Notes: generated by a model not told the origin, from the sequence alone. A stretch of 64,000 nt of DNA from Clostridia bacterium (GCA_017406805.1 JAFQXU010000001.1:7423-71422); one strand, 5' to 3'. Shown: positions 1 to 10,202, numbered from the stretch's first letter. Program-made: numbers and translations.

Positions 1-307
1 AATAAAACCCCCACAAAAAAACCTGTACGCTTTTTATATCTCAATTTAATAAACGGAAAGCCTTTTTTGCCTTTTATTTTTATTTTGCAGCAAGATTTTT
101 TTGCGAATTGGCGAAGGCTTCTGTATTCCTCCGCCAGCACTTTCCCTTTTAAAACAAATCCTTGCTTTTTTATATCCCAAATATTAATTTTATTTTTTAC
201 TGTAAGGTTTATAAATTTTTCCGGGCATTCACCAATCAGTTCAAACGAAACATACCCAAAAAGCCATCTGAAACACTGCAAAATCAAACTTAAACAGCCC
301 CCAATCA
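1..307 (-). CDS. yqfD: Sporulation protein YqfD, N-terminal part (gene runs off the left window edge)
   Basis: The minus-strand frame starts at ATG 307, one nt after the yqfC stop. It reads MIGGCLSLILQCFRWLFGYVSFELIGECPEKFINLTVKNKINIWDIKKQGF..., which is YqfD-like, and the yqfC-yqfD order is conserved. The ORF is open at the window edge, so it is absent from the ORF track. Confidence 0.6.
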
Positions 308-308
308 T

Positions 309-608
309 TTATGTATTAAATTCTACCGAAGTAATAAACCCGTCTATTATCAAAGAATCAACGCCTAGACATTTTATTTTTAAATTTCTGCCAAAAAACG
401 AAACGGACATTTTTTTAACTTTTATCTTTACCATGTTTTCGTCATATTGTTCAATACTTTGGCACCCTTCCACAATCACCTGGCGATTACTTTTCATTTC
501 TAAATGTACGGGGCACATAAAGCTCCCCACAGACGAATTTTTGAATTTAGAGAGCAATTTTTGCGGATTTTTAAAACTGCTTTTTTTACCAAACAATCCA
601 AAAATCAC
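309..608 (-). CDS. yqfC: YabP/YqfC family sporulation protein
   Basis: The 99-aa ORF has the YabP-family pattern (VIVEGCQSIEQYDENMVKIKV...FGRNLKIKCLGVDSLIIDGFITSVEF). It sits immediately upstream of a yqfD-like gene. Confidence 0.65.
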   Translation of the reverse strand: MIFGLFGKKSSFKNPQKLLSKFKNSSVGSFMCPVHLEMKSNRQVIVEGCQSIEQYDENMVKIKVKKMSVSFFGRNLKIKCLGVDSLIIDGFITSVEFNT

Positions 609-699
609 CCCTACTTAATTTTTTCAGTACTATAAATATGCAAAATCATAAATAAAAATCACTTTAACATATATATTTTTTGGGAGTGATTTTAAACCT

Positions 700-1815
700 A
701 TGTTTAAAAAATTAAAATCAGCGTTTATCCTAATTATTACCGCAGTTTTTACTATAAAAATAATACAAACACCGGAAGTCGCCTGCAAGGGTGCTGCTCA
801 GGGCATAAATTTCTGCTTAGAAATGCTAATTCCATCGCTTTTTATATTTATGTTTTTGGCAGCGTTTATTGTAAATTCCGGAATATCAAGAAAGCTTCAA
901 AAAGCACTCTCCCCCATAACAAAATTTTTGTTTTACTTGCCCGGCTGCACAGCTCCCGTTATTATTCTTAGTTTAATTGGCGGATACCCTGTGGGTGCCA
1001 GGGGCGCAAAAGCTCTTTTTTTAAAAAAAGAAATAAACGAAGAGCAGCTTAACCGATTAATGTGTTTTTCCGTTAACGCCGGACCCGCTTTTATTATAAA
1101 TATAGTAGGAAAGATTTTAACAAAGAATTACTTGTTCGGGCAAATTTTATTTTTTACCCAAATACTTTTTTCTTTTTTTATATGCCTAATGTGCGGGCTG
1201 ATATCTAAAATAAAAAAAAGAAAGTTTTACGAAAAAAATTCTGATAATAACAATAAGGACATTTGTTTTTCAGATTCTTTGATTTTATCTTGCGAGGAAA
1301 CATCAAAAACAATGGTTAATATGTGCTCATTGGTTATTTTATTTTGCACAGCTATTGAAATAATTCAAAATTTGAATATATACGGCGTACTTATAAACCA
1401 ATTAAATTTAATAAATATAAGCCCGAATTTGTCTGAGCCTATTATTGCATCAGTACTGGAAATCACCTCGGGCTGCTATAAAGCCACAAAATTAAAAGCA
1501 CCGCTAACTGTAATCGCTTTTGCCGTGGGTTATGGCGGAATTTGCGCACATCTTCAAATAAAGCAAATTTTAAGCGGTGCAAATTTTAATTATTTAAAAT
1601 TCTGCACGGTAAGGTTTTTTAACGGTATTGCAACGGCTTTTGTTACAGTTTTTATTTTAAGCAGAATACCCGAAAAATACCAAAGCGTGTTTTCCACTTT
1701 AAAGCAACCGATTTTAATCTCAAATTCTGCAACAAAATTTGGAAGCGTAGTATTAATTTGCTTTTGCATTTATTTTATTTTTTCCGTAAATTCTCATATT
1801 CACACAAAAAAATAA
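700..1815 (+). CDS. ylbJ: Sporulation integral membrane protein YlbJ-like (nucleoside-recognition/Gate domain)
   Basis: 371-aa polytopic membrane protein with size and hydrophobicity like YlbJ. It lies in a sporulation gene neighbourhood. Confidence 0.5.
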   Translation: MFKKLKSAFILIITAVFTIKIIQTPEVACKGAAQGINFCLEMLIPSLFIFMFLAAFIVNSGISRKLQKALSPITKFLFYLPGCTAPVIILSLIGGYPVGARGAKALFLKKEINEEQLNRLMCFSVNAGPAFIINIVGKILTKNYLFGQILFFTQILFSFFICLMCGLISKIKKRKFYEKNSDNNNKDICFSDSLILSCEETSKTMVNMCSLVILFCTAIEIIQNLNIYGVLINQLNLINISPNLSEPIIASVLEITSGCYKATKLKAPLTVIAFAVGYGGICAHLQIKQILSGANFNYLKFCTVRFFNGIATAFVTVFILSRIPEKYQSVFSTLKQPILISNSATKFGSVVLICFCIYFIFSVNSHIHTKK

Positions 1816-1826
1816 TCCCCAGAAGA

Positions 1827-3023
1827 TTAATTCTGAGGATAAAATGTAACTTTAACTTTTTTGCGTCCAAAATTCCGACAATCTGATCCGCTTCCCTTAA
1901 ATATATCAACCACTGCATGATTACTCATAAGCGCACTACCTGTATCCTGAGCAATCCCCGTACATATAACATTGTTGTTTAAATCGGTAACCACAATACG
2001 GCTTCCATATGGTATTTTATTTGGATTTACAGCAATGGTTACTCCTTCAATTGGAATATTGCCTTGAGAAGTCCTTGCTCCACTTGGTGCGGTGTATGCT
2101 GTCGCCGAGCCATAAAGAACGTGAGACGTTCCGGAAAATGCCGCTAAAGACTCGCTAGAACTTTCTTTTTCGCCAGGTTCATCTGTACCTTTTAAAATAA
2201 CTTCATCTACCGGCTCAGTAATAACTTTGCTACTTATTTCTTCACTTTCTTTTACAACGCCATCTACAACTGTTTCTTTCACGACAACTTCTTTTTCGCC
2301 TTTTTTCCCAGTTGAAGAAACCTGGCTGCCTTTACCGTCCAGTAAATGTGTGGTTTTATATACCGTTTTAAAAGGGATCTCTTCTTTTTTTACAACTTCC
2401 CTTATTTCCACACGATTAATATTTATTTCCATTCCTTCGTAAATATCAGAAGAAATGTCAACGTTTATTAAGTCGTTTGAAGAAATATTTATTCCCAAAT
2501 AATTCAAAGCCTCGTTAACGCTTAAACCTGCCGGAACAGTATATTCTCTTTGCTGACCATCCACAAAAACTTTTATTCTTTTAATTTCATGAATTTCTAT
2601 ATTCATTCCGGAGAAAACTTTTTCATTTAGCGGATAATTCACCTCGTCATTTTCATCAACCGAGATTCCGGATTCTTTAATTGCTTCTCCCACGGTCTCC
2701 ACCGCTTTTACAAAGGAAACCTTTTCGTCTCCCTTAGAAACCGAAACTCTGCAAGCTCTTTTTATTGAAATTCTAATATCTTGGTCTTCGCGTCTGTCTA
2801 CAACGTCACCATCAAAAATCCTTATATCCATTTGATCAAGAATTTTATCTGTGTCGTTGCTAACAGTCAATGATGTTTTTTCCATATCATCAACTTTAAC
2901 ATGAACCCTACGGCTAAATGCTCCTACAGAAAAAATAGATCCCATACCAATAGTACCCATAAGTATTAAAGCAACGTATTTTTTGGTTGTTTTATTTAAC
3001 TTTTCTTTTGTGATTTCTTCCAT
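1827..3023 (-). CDS. Cell-wall protein with N-terminal TM, DUF348-like repeats, G5 domain and C-terminal 3D domain (YabE/RpfB-like architecture)
   Basis: The C-terminus (GSATAYTAPSGARTSQG...IAVNPNKIPYGSRIVV...AQDTGSAL...VDIF) is a typical 3D/MltA-like domain. Upstream are ubiquitin-like repeats and a G5-like segment. Confidence 0.65.
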   Translation of the reverse strand: MEEITKEKLNKTTKKYVALILMGTIGMGSIFSVGAFSRRVHVKVDDMEKTSLTVSNDTDKILDQMDIRIFDGDVVDRREDQDIRISIKRACRVSVSKGDEKVSFVKAVETVGEAIKESGISVDENDEVNYPLNEKVFSGMNIEIHEIKRIKVFVDGQQREYTVPAGLSVNEALNYLGINISSNDLINVDISSDIYEGMEININRVEIREVVKKEEIPFKTVYKTTHLLDGKGSQVSSTGKKGEKEVVVKETVVDGVVKESEEISSKVITEPVDEVILKGTDEPGEKESSSESLAAFSGTSHVLYGSATAYTAPSGARTSQGNIPIEGVTIAVNPNKIPYGSRIVVTDLNNNVICTGIAQDTGSALMSNHAVVDIFKGSGSDCRNFGRKKVKVTFYPQN

Positions 3024-3459
3024 ACTTACCTCCTAACGTAACTCAAGTAAAGAATTTCACACTTTATGTAATTATTTTTTTAAAAAACGTAACTCCTTTT
3101 TTCGTAAAAAACAATCACTTAATCACAATGATATTAAACATTTTGCTTTTTGTCAACTCGCCAATATTAATTTTTTTGTTTAAAATGCCAAGGTGCCTAA
3201 AAACGCATTCTATTTTTTGCACAAAATATATTTGGATAAGTTATAAAAAATATTATCTTTTAAGAACATTAAATTTTTTAAAATTTTAGCTTTGTGCAAA
3301 ATCACGAAATTGGAGTTAACAATTTAGTTACAAAAAATTACACAATTTAACCGATTTGCCCTGAAAAATTTAATCTCCATTGCATCTTGAAATTTATCAA
3401 AATTTTTGCTTAAAGAATATACTAAATATAATAAAGATTTTTACTGGGGGTTCTTTAAA

Positions 3460-4332
3460 ATGTCTAATCAGTTTTTAAATGCCGCTTCTCTTTCTTTTGA
3501 ATACGGACATCAAAAAGGTTTTACTCTTTCCAATACCGCCAATGCTTCTGTGCAAGAAGTCATTACGGCAAATAAATCCGCTTTAACGAGTTCATACTTT
3601 CTAAACAAAGAAATTTTTTACTGCATATCCGTTGCAAACAACAAACCAACCGCTATTAAAAGCCTTAAAATAAATGAAAATTTAGGCGCTTACTCTAATA
3701 GTGTATCTTCTGAAACAAAATTTATACCACTTGATTATTTCGGGCCTTCTTTTCTATATATAAATGGAAAATTTGATTCTCAAATAATTCCCGAAACATA
3801 TTCAGACAAAATCATCTTTAAAATCGATAATTTCCCCGCTTATTCAAATATTTTGTTAATATACTCCGCAAAAGTAAACAACAAAGCACCACTTGATGAA
3901 AAATCGTCAATTATAAACACATCAAGTATTACATCAAGTGAAATACTAAAACCGATTATATGCTCAAAAGAAGTATTCACAGATAAAAAAGCAGACATTG
4001 ACATCGTAAAATACATGTACCCCAACCCTGCTATGCCGGGAGAATTAATAACTTACAATTTTACCATATATAATTATGGAAACATTGAGGCCACAAATAT
4101 TAAACTAAACGACGTTTTGCTTCCTGCACCAAATAATATAAATGTTTCGGTTAATTCCAAAAATTTATCCCGAAAAGATTACTCTTACACCGGCAGCACA
4201 CTTAATATTCCCTCTTATGATTCGAATTTTTCCGTTTCCATTCCTCCCGCACAGTTTTTGCAAGATTCAACCACGGGGATTTTTACAACAAATCCGGGAG
4301 TGGTTAATATTGTTGTATCAGGGAAAATATAA
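3460..4332 (+). CDS. DUF11 (conserved repeat domain) protein, no signal peptide
   Basis: The C-terminal segment KYMYPNPAMPGELITYNFTIYNYGNIEATNIKLNDVL matches the DUF11 repeat pattern. ATG at 3460 follows GGGGG by 9 nt, so the track start at 3406 is less likely. Confidence 0.5.
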   Translation: MSNQFLNAASLSFEYGHQKGFTLSNTANASVQEVITANKSALTSSYFLNKEIFYCISVANNKPTAIKSLKINENLGAYSNSVSSETKFIPLDYFGPSFLYINGKFDSQIIPETYSDKIIFKIDNFPAYSNILLIYSAKVNNKAPLDEKSSIINTSSITSSEILKPIICSKEVFTDKKADIDIVKYMYPNPAMPGELITYNFTIYNYGNIEATNIKLNDVLLPAPNNINVSVNSKNLSRKDYSYTGSTLNIPSYDSNFSVSIPPAQFLQDSTTGIFTTNPGVVNIVVSGKI

Positions 4333-4456
4333 TCAGGCTTATACAAATTATTATATAAAAATTTCCATTTTCAGATATTTTTTATGCTAACTTGAACAAT
4401 TTTAAAGACGTTTTTTGAGCAACCCTTACAATACTTAACAATTTATATAAAAATTG

Positions 4457-4485
4457 TTGACTTATTTTTTGACTTCGTATATAAT
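4457..4485 (+). promoter_or_regulatory. Sigma-70-type promoter (TTGACT-17 nt-TATAAT)
   Basis: TTGACT at 4457-4462, a 17-nt spacer, then TATAAT at 4480-4485. Confidence 0.6.
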
Positions 4486-4518
4486 TTACTGAGTCAAGCA
4501 TTTGTATGCGCATACGTG

Positions 4519-4589
4519 CCCAAGTAGCTTAGTATAGCAGAGCGTTGTAAGTATCACAGAGATGTCGGTGCGAACCCGTCCTAGGGCAA
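4519..4589 (+). ncRNA. Non-canonical tRNA-like cloverleaf (tRNA pseudogene or leader element)
   Basis: Acceptor-like stem GCCCAAG/CTAGGGC with one mismatch, and a canonical-looking D arm (TAGCTTAGTATAGCAGAGC). The anticodon stem is weak (4 bp) with loop AAGTATC. The T arm has loop TGCGAAC instead of TTCRAAT. No CCA is encoded. Confidence 0.35.
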
Positions 4590-4623
4590 ATTAATTTATT
4601 CCAAGAATTGAGGTATTTTATTT

Positions 4624-4911
4624 ATGTACGAAGACAAGACCCTTACATGCAAAGAATGCGGAAGTGAATTTGTATTCACTGCAGGCGAGCAAGAATTTTA
4701 CGCCGAAAAAGGCTTTGTAAATGAGCCGCAAAGATGTAAAGCTTGCAGAGATGCACGCAAAAACGCAGCAAGACAAGAACGCGAAATCTTTATTGCACAA
4801 TGTGCAACATGTGGCGGAGAAGCTAAAGTTCCTTTTAAACCACGTGAAGATCGCCCGGTTTACTGCAGCGAATGCTTTGCAAAAATGAAAGAAGAAAACC
4901 CGGAAGAATAA
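4624..4911 (+). CDS. CxxC-x17-CxxC zinc-ribbon protein
   Basis: 95 aa with CKECG...CKACR and CATCGGEAKVPFKPREDRPVYCSECF motifs. An RBS GAGG lies upstream. Confidence 0.7.
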   Translation: MYEDKTLTCKECGSEFVFTAGEQEFYAEKGFVNEPQRCKACRDARKNAARQEREIFIAQCATCGGEAKVPFKPREDRPVYCSECFAKMKEENPEE

Positions 4912-4937
4912 AATCCACGTTTTCTTTTGTATAAAAA

Positions 4938-4968
4938 GAGCTACGCAAAAGTTCGTAGCTTTTTTGTT
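4938..4968 (+). terminator. Rho-independent terminator
   Basis: Stem AGCTACG/CGTAGCT with an 8-nt loop, followed by a T-run. Confidence 0.75.
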
Positions 4969-5003
4969 TTTTTAAAACTTGCAAATATTAAGGAAAATTA
5001 TTT

Positions 5004-5708
5004 ATGGAAAAAATTAAACTAAGCAGCAGACTTCTTCGGTGTGCGGAAATGGTATCAAAAAATTCAAAAATCGCGGATATAGGCACAGATCATGCATATA
5101 TACCGATATACCTTACACAAAATAATACAATAACTCACGCCATTGCAAGCGATGTTAAAAGCGGGCCTTTGCAAAACGCTATTAAAAATATTGAAAAATA
5201 TGACCTACAAAATAATATTGAAGCTCGCATTTCAGACGGGACAAATGAAATAAACGAAAACGAAGCAGACGAAATAATAATTGCAGGTATGGGCGGAAAT
5301 GTAATATCAAATATCTTGGAAAAATGCAGATGGAAAAATAAAAATGATAAAGTTTTTATAATTAACCCCATGAAATATGAAGAACGCCTGAGGGAATTCC
5401 TTTATGAAAACGGGTACAAAATAACAAAAGAAACCGCAGTTGTTTGCTCAGGGAAAGTTTACTCGGTTATGAAAGTTATCTACACGGGCAAAAAAGAAAA
5501 AATTAACCCCGTAGAAAAGTATATCGGTAAAATGTGGGAAAATATAACCCCGGCAGAAAAATCATACATAAAAAAACAAATAAAAAACTTGAATAATCAC
5601 TTAAAAGGCGCTAAATCCAGATGCAAAACAGAAAAAGAAAAATACTTTGAAGGCGTAATAAGCAGCTTAAAAAAATTCATACATAATGAAAAGGACGATG
5701 CAAAATGA
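5004..5708 (+). CDS. trmK: tRNA (adenine22-N1)-methyltransferase TrmK
   Basis: N-terminal LSSRL...IADIGTDHAYIPIYL motif. It is followed by NIF3 with a 4-nt ATGA overlap, matching the Bacillus yqfN-yqfO order. Confidence 0.8.
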   Translation: MEKIKLSSRLLRCAEMVSKNSKIADIGTDHAYIPIYLTQNNTITHAIASDVKSGPLQNAIKNIEKYDLQNNIEARISDGTNEINENEADEIIIAGMGGNVISNILEKCRWKNKNDKVFIINPMKYEERLREFLYENGYKITKETAVVCSGKVYSVMKVIYTGKKEKINPVEKYIGKMWENITPAEKSYIKKQIKNLNNHLKGAKSRCKTEKEKYFEGVISSLKKFIHNEKDDAK

Positions 5709-6472
5709 CAAAAGTTAAAAATATTTTTAATTTTATAAATGAATTTGCCCCTTTTGAAAACGCTTTAAGCTTTGACAATTGCGGACTACTAATCGGCGAG
5801 GCGGAACAAGAAATAAAAAATGTAGTCCTTTCTTTGGATATTACCAAAAGCGTAGTGGAAGAAGCCAAAAACTTAAACGCAAATCTTATAATAAGTCATC
5901 ACCCGATTATATTTAAGCCAATTTCTGAAATTAAACTCAGCGGTGCAATATCTTTGCTATGTAAAAACGACATAAACGCAATTTGCGCGCATACAAATTT
6001 AGATATAGCAAATAAGGGAGTTAACTTTCATCTGGCTAAAAAATTAAATATACAAGGCACCACACCACTTTCTTATGAAGAAGGCAAACCGCTGGGGTTA
6101 ATTGGAAATTTAAACCATGAATTTGAGTGCAAAGAATTTGCAGAATATGTAAAAGAATCACTTGGTTGCAAAGGCGTAAGATACACGGAACCAAAAAACA
6201 AAAAAATCAAAACCGCCGCAGTATGCTCGGGCTCGGGTGGAGAATTTTACAAAAAGTCTCACGAAAAAGGCGCCGATGTAATAGTAACAGGAGAAATAAA
6301 GCACAGTCAAATCATAGCGGCAAACGAGCTGGGAATAATGGTAGTAGATGCAGGGCATTACAAAACAGAAAATGTTATTTTGGAGCCTTTAAAAAACATG
6401 CTGGAAGAAAAATTTGAAAACGTAAATTTTTACTTAAGTGAATCTTTTACAGACAACATAAATTATCTTTGA
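5705..6472 (+). CDS. Nif3-like dinuclear metal centre protein (YqfO family)
   Basis: The translation has the NIF3 pattern: FAPFENALSFDNCGLLIG...LDIT..VVEEA...ANLIISHHPIIF, and C-terminal DAGHYKTE. Confidence 0.8.
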   Translation: MTKVKNIFNFINEFAPFENALSFDNCGLLIGEAEQEIKNVVLSLDITKSVVEEAKNLNANLIISHHPIIFKPISEIKLSGAISLLCKNDINAICAHTNLDIANKGVNFHLAKKLNIQGTTPLSYEEGKPLGLIGNLNHEFECKEFAEYVKESLGCKGVRYTEPKNKKIKTAAVCSGSGGEFYKKSHEKGADVIVTGEIKHSQIIAANELGIMVVDAGHYKTENVILEPLKNMLEEKFENVNFYLSESFTDNINYL

Positions 6473-6554
6473 TTTAAAATTGCAATTGAAAATAATAAAG
6501 CAAAGAATTATAATATATATAAATAATATACATTAGTATAAGGGGAAATAAATT

Positions 6555-8387
6555 ATGTGCGGAATAGTTGGATATATTGGAGAAAATAAAAAAGCCGTTC
6601 CTTTTTTACTTCAAGGGCTGGAAAAACTTGAATACCGCGGATACGATTCATCGGGAATAGCCGTTTTGAATCAAAACGAAATTAAAATAGTAAAAAAGCA
6701 AGGCCGATTAAAATTTATTAAAGATATTTTGGGCAGCAAAGATGATCTGCACTCAAATTTGGGAATTGGCCACACACGCTGGGCAACTCATGGCGACCCT
6801 TCTGACGTTAACGCCCACCCGCACCTTAGCAAATCGGGCAAAATTGCCGTTGTGCACAACGGAATAATAGAAAACTACATAAATTTAAAAAAGACTCTTT
6901 CTGAAAAAGGGTATGAATTTAAATCAGATACCGACACAGAAGTAGTAGCACAACTATTAGACAGCCTATATGAAGGCGACATGCTTAGCACAATAAAAAA
7001 AGCCACCGAACTTCTGGAAGGTTCGTTTGCTCTGGAAATAATTTGCGCAGATTATCCCGATACTTTATTCGCCGTAAAAAAAGATAGCCCGCTTATTATC
7101 GGAATTGGGGAAAATGAAAATTTTATAGCCTCAGATATTCCGGCAGTACTTTCAAAAACCAGAAAAATATGCAGATTAAAAGAAAAACAAATTGCTGTTT
7201 TAACCAGCAAAAATATCGATATTTTTGATTTTGGCGGAAATAAAGCCAAAATGGAAATTTCTGAAATAAACTGGAATGTAGATACTGCAGAAAAAAACAA
7301 TTACGACCATTTTATGATAAAAGAAATAATGGAACAACCCAAAGTTTTAACCGACACTATTTCGCCAAGGTTAAAAGACTACTCAATAAAGCTCGATAAC
7401 CTTAATTTTACCGAGGAATACCTTAAAAATCTTAATAAAATATCAATCGTGGCTTGCGGTTCTGCATACCATGTGGGGTGCGTGGCAAAATACTTTATGG
7501 AGGAGCTTATCAGAAAACCCGTTGAAGTTGAGCTGGCTTCAGAATTTAGATACCGTTCACCGATCGTAGACAAAAACACACTGGTAATAATAATCAGCCA
7601 GTCCGGAGAAACCGCCGACAGTTTAGCCGCACTACGAGAAGCCAAAAAATTGGGCGCACGAGTTCTTTCTGTGGTAAATGTTGTAGGAAGTTCAATCGCC
7701 AATGAATCGGACGACGTTCTTTACACTTGGGCAGGCCCGGAAATTGCAGTTGCAACTACAAAAGCCTACAGCACACAGCTATCCCTTATGTATTTAATTG
7801 CTCTTTATATTAGCAAAGTTTTAGGAACCATCACAGACGAAAAATACAAAAATATTATAGAAAACATTAAATCAATCCCCGAAAAAATAGCCGGCATTTT
7901 AAAAGGGTCATCTTCAACCGAAGAAATTGCAAAAAAATACTATCAAACGGAAAAAATATTCTTCATCGGCAGGACATTAGACTACGCCGTTTGCATGGAA
8001 GGCTCTTTAAAATTAAAAGAAATTTCATACATTCATTCCGAAGCCTATGCAGCCGGAGAATTAAAACATGGCACGATATCCCTTATCGATAATAAAACAC
8101 TTGTCATCGCACTTGCCACTCAAGATAAACTATTTGACAAAACAATCAGCAACATAAGGGAAGTAAAATCACGAGGCGCAACAATTTTACTGATAACCAC
8201 AGAAGATAAAGCAGATAAAATTTCCGATATTGCAGATGACGTTATTTATATCCCAAAAATTTCAAATATACTCTCCCCTTCTCTGGCAGTTATACCAATG
8301 CAGCTTCTTTCTTATTATATAGCAAAATTTAGAGATTGTGATATCGATAAGCCCAGAAATCTTGCAAAATCAGTTACTGTGGAATAA
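6555..8387 (+). CDS. glmS: Glutamine--fructose-6-phosphate aminotransferase
   Basis: MCGIVGYIG N-terminal nucleophile, two SIS domains, C-terminal KSVTVE. 610 aa. Confidence 0.95.
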   Translation: MCGIVGYIGENKKAVPFLLQGLEKLEYRGYDSSGIAVLNQNEIKIVKKQGRLKFIKDILGSKDDLHSNLGIGHTRWATHGDPSDVNAHPHLSKSGKIAVVHNGIIENYINLKKTLSEKGYEFKSDTDTEVVAQLLDSLYEGDMLSTIKKATELLEGSFALEIICADYPDTLFAVKKDSPLIIGIGENENFIASDIPAVLSKTRKICRLKEKQIAVLTSKNIDIFDFGGNKAKMEISEINWNVDTAEKNNYDHFMIKEIMEQPKVLTDTISPRLKDYSIKLDNLNFTEEYLKNLNKISIVACGSAYHVGCVAKYFMEELIRKPVEVELASEFRYRSPIVDKNTLVIIISQSGETADSLAALREAKKLGARVLSVVNVVGSSIANESDDVLYTWAGPEIAVATTKAYSTQLSLMYLIALYISKVLGTITDEKYKNIIENIKSIPEKIAGILKGSSSTEEIAKKYYQTEKIFFIGRTLDYAVCMEGSLKLKEISYIHSEAYAAGELKHGTISLIDNKTLVIALATQDKLFDKTISNIREVKSRGATILLITTEDKADKISDIADDVIYIPKISNILSPSLAVIPMQLLSYYIAKFRDCDIDKPRNLAKSVTVE

Positions 8388-8400
8388 ATATTAAAACAAA

Positions 8401-8442
8401 AATCCTTTAACGATTTTTTACCGTTAAAGGATTAATTTTTTT
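8401..8442. terminator. Bidirectional rho-independent terminator
   Basis: Perfect 12-bp stem AATCCTTTAACG/CGTTAAAGGATT with A/T runs on both sides, between convergent genes. Confidence 0.75.
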
Positions 8443-8454
8443 GCTTTTTAAAAA

Positions 8455-8868
8455 TTAATTTAATATGCCTATATTCCCATTTTTCACTTTTTTCGCTTCT
8501 TCTTCCAAAATTTCCGCTAACTCTTTAGTAATATTATCTATTAACTGAACCATGCTAACAAATTCCGTTTTATACGTACTATATTTTTCCCATTTTGCTT
8601 TTTTGGCGAACACTTCGCTACATTTTTCTACCATTATTTTAAGTTTTTCAACTTTTTCTTGTAAACTATTTGAATTATAATATTCTTTATTTGCTTCTCT
8701 AAATTTACCTAAATGCTTCTCCCAAAACTTTTTATATTCCAAAAATGGAAAAGTTTTCACTTTGGTTGGATCTTTTACTTCTTCTTTTAACTCCCTAAGA
8801 TACCTGCTTTTTAAAGAACTTAATTTACTAACAAGATTTTTTGCTTCATCAATAACAGTTTTCGGCAT
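8455..8868 (-). CDS. Hypothetical coiled-coil protein
   Basis: ORF with ATG at 8868 preceded by AGGTGA. The GTG start in the track lies inside that RBS. I recognise no family. Confidence 0.45.
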   Translation of the reverse strand: MPKTVIDEAKNLVSKLSSLKSRYLRELKEEVKDPTKVKTFPFLEYKKFWEKHLGKFREANKEYYNSNSLQEKVEKLKIMVEKCSEVFAKKAKWEKYSTYKTEFVSMVQLIDNITKELAEILEEEAKKVKNGNIGILN

Positions 8869-8981
8869 AAAAATCACCTATCTTTCTTAATATTTAAATA
8901 AATTATACATTTTTTTCGAAATTTGTCAATAATAAAAATGCATAATTTTGAAAAAATTTAAAAATAAAAAACAAACTCATT

Positions 8982-9971
8982 TTAAATGGGCTTGTTTTTT
9001 GACGTACTAAGCGGATTTGAATTTATTGCATCTTGAATTTGTTTATCGCACACGTGGGTATATATTTCTGTGGTACCCAAATTTTCATGCCCCAGAATTT
9101 CTTTTAGTATTCTAATATCCGTATTACCGTATTGATACATAAGTGTGGCCGCCGTATGCCTTAATTTATGCACGGAATAGCCCATTCCGCTAAGCCCAGC
9201 CAAATCCAGATACTTATTAACCAAATGCTGAACTGTTTTTGGGCTTATTCTTTTTAAATGCCTGCTTATAAAAAAAGCATTTCTTTCTTTTAACCCGTCC
9301 ACAGGCCGAACTTTTTTATATTTTTCAATGGCTTCTTTGCAAGCGTCGTTTATGTACACAATTCGTTCTTTGTTTCCCTTTCCGATAAGCCGAAGCGTTC
9401 CGTCTGCCCTTATATCGTTAAAATTAATTCCCACAAGTTCCGAAAGTCGCATACCACAATTTAAAAACAAAGTAATTATGCAGTAATCACGTTCTTTATA
9501 TTCGCCGCCGTTTTCCAAAACAGTATTTAAAAGCTTAAAACTTTGCTCCAAATTTAAAAACTTTGGCAATCTTTTCCCCAATTTAGCGGTTTCAAGTTCT
9601 TTTACGGGGCTTGACTCCAAAAGAGATAGTTTATTTGTAAGATAATCAAAAAACACCCTTAAGCTGGAGGCTTTTCTGGCACGGGCGGCCTCGTGATTTC
9701 CTCTTTTATCAAGTAAATAATTCATATATTCAAAAACATCAATCAGCGTAATTGTTTTTATAAATTCTATATCTATATCATTAATAGCTATATCCTCAAA
9801 TTCTACGTCATTATCCACCACATGGCGTTTTACTTTCATGTATCTAAAAAAAGTGCGAAGATCCAAAAAATACTCCTCCACCGTTTTTGGCGATTTTCCT
9901 TTAACGGTTTGAAGATACCCTAAAAATTTTTTCATAAGCAAAGGAGATTCATTTAAAATACTTTCTTTCAT
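8982..9971 (-). CDS. Tyrosine recombinase, XerC/XerD-like
   Basis: N-terminal SAM-like domain (FLGYLQTVKGKSPKTVEEY). The catalytic region has ...GMRLSEL..., HKLRHTAAT and LGHENLGTTEIYTH. Confidence 0.8.
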   Translation of the reverse strand: MKESILNESPLLMKKFLGYLQTVKGKSPKTVEEYFLDLRTFFRYMKVKRHVVDNDVEFEDIAINDIDIEFIKTITLIDVFEYMNYLLDKRGNHEAARARKASSLRVFFDYLTNKLSLLESSPVKELETAKLGKRLPKFLNLEQSFKLLNTVLENGGEYKERDYCIITLFLNCGMRLSELVGINFNDIRADGTLRLIGKGNKERIVYINDACKEAIEKYKKVRPVDGLKERNAFFISRHLKRISPKTVQHLVNKYLDLAGLSGMGYSVHKLRHTAATLMYQYGNTDIRILKEILGHENLGTTEIYTHVCDKQIQDAINSNPLSTSKNKPI

Positions 9972-10044
9972 TTTCCCCTCCTAAACATTAAAGATACTCA
10001 ACATAATAAATAAGCTAAGTATCTTTATAAATTTATATTAACTT

Positions 10045-10120
<76 letters not shown>

Positions 10121-10126
10121 AAAACG

Positions 10127-10202
10127 TGGCAGGGGCAGAAGGACTCGAACCCTCGACACGCGGTTTTGGAGACCGCTGCTCTACCAACTGAGCTATACCC
10201 CT
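10127..10202 (-). tRNA. tRNA-Trp (anticodon CCA)
   Basis: The reverse complement AGGGGTATAGCTCAGTTGGTAGAGCAGCGGTCTCCAAAACCGCGTGTCGAGGGTTCGAGTCCTTCTGCCCCTGCCA is a canonical cloverleaf. Confidence 0.95.

Noticed and set aside
67-618. 183-aa plus-strand ORF
   Set aside because: It lies antisense to the well-supported yqfD and yqfC genes. The sequence is low-complexity and Phe/Ile-rich, with no RBS. It is an AT-rich antisense artefact.
5281-5292. 12-nt identity between CRISPR spacer 2 (22012-22045, reverse complement) and trmK
   Set aside because: The match is only 12 of 34 nt, with mismatches on both sides. It is not a protospacer.
6473-6554. Possible glmS ribozyme upstream of glmS
   Set aside because: The intergenic region is only about 80 nt, extremely AT-rich and shows no conserved ribozyme core. 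It is too short for the glmS ribozyme.
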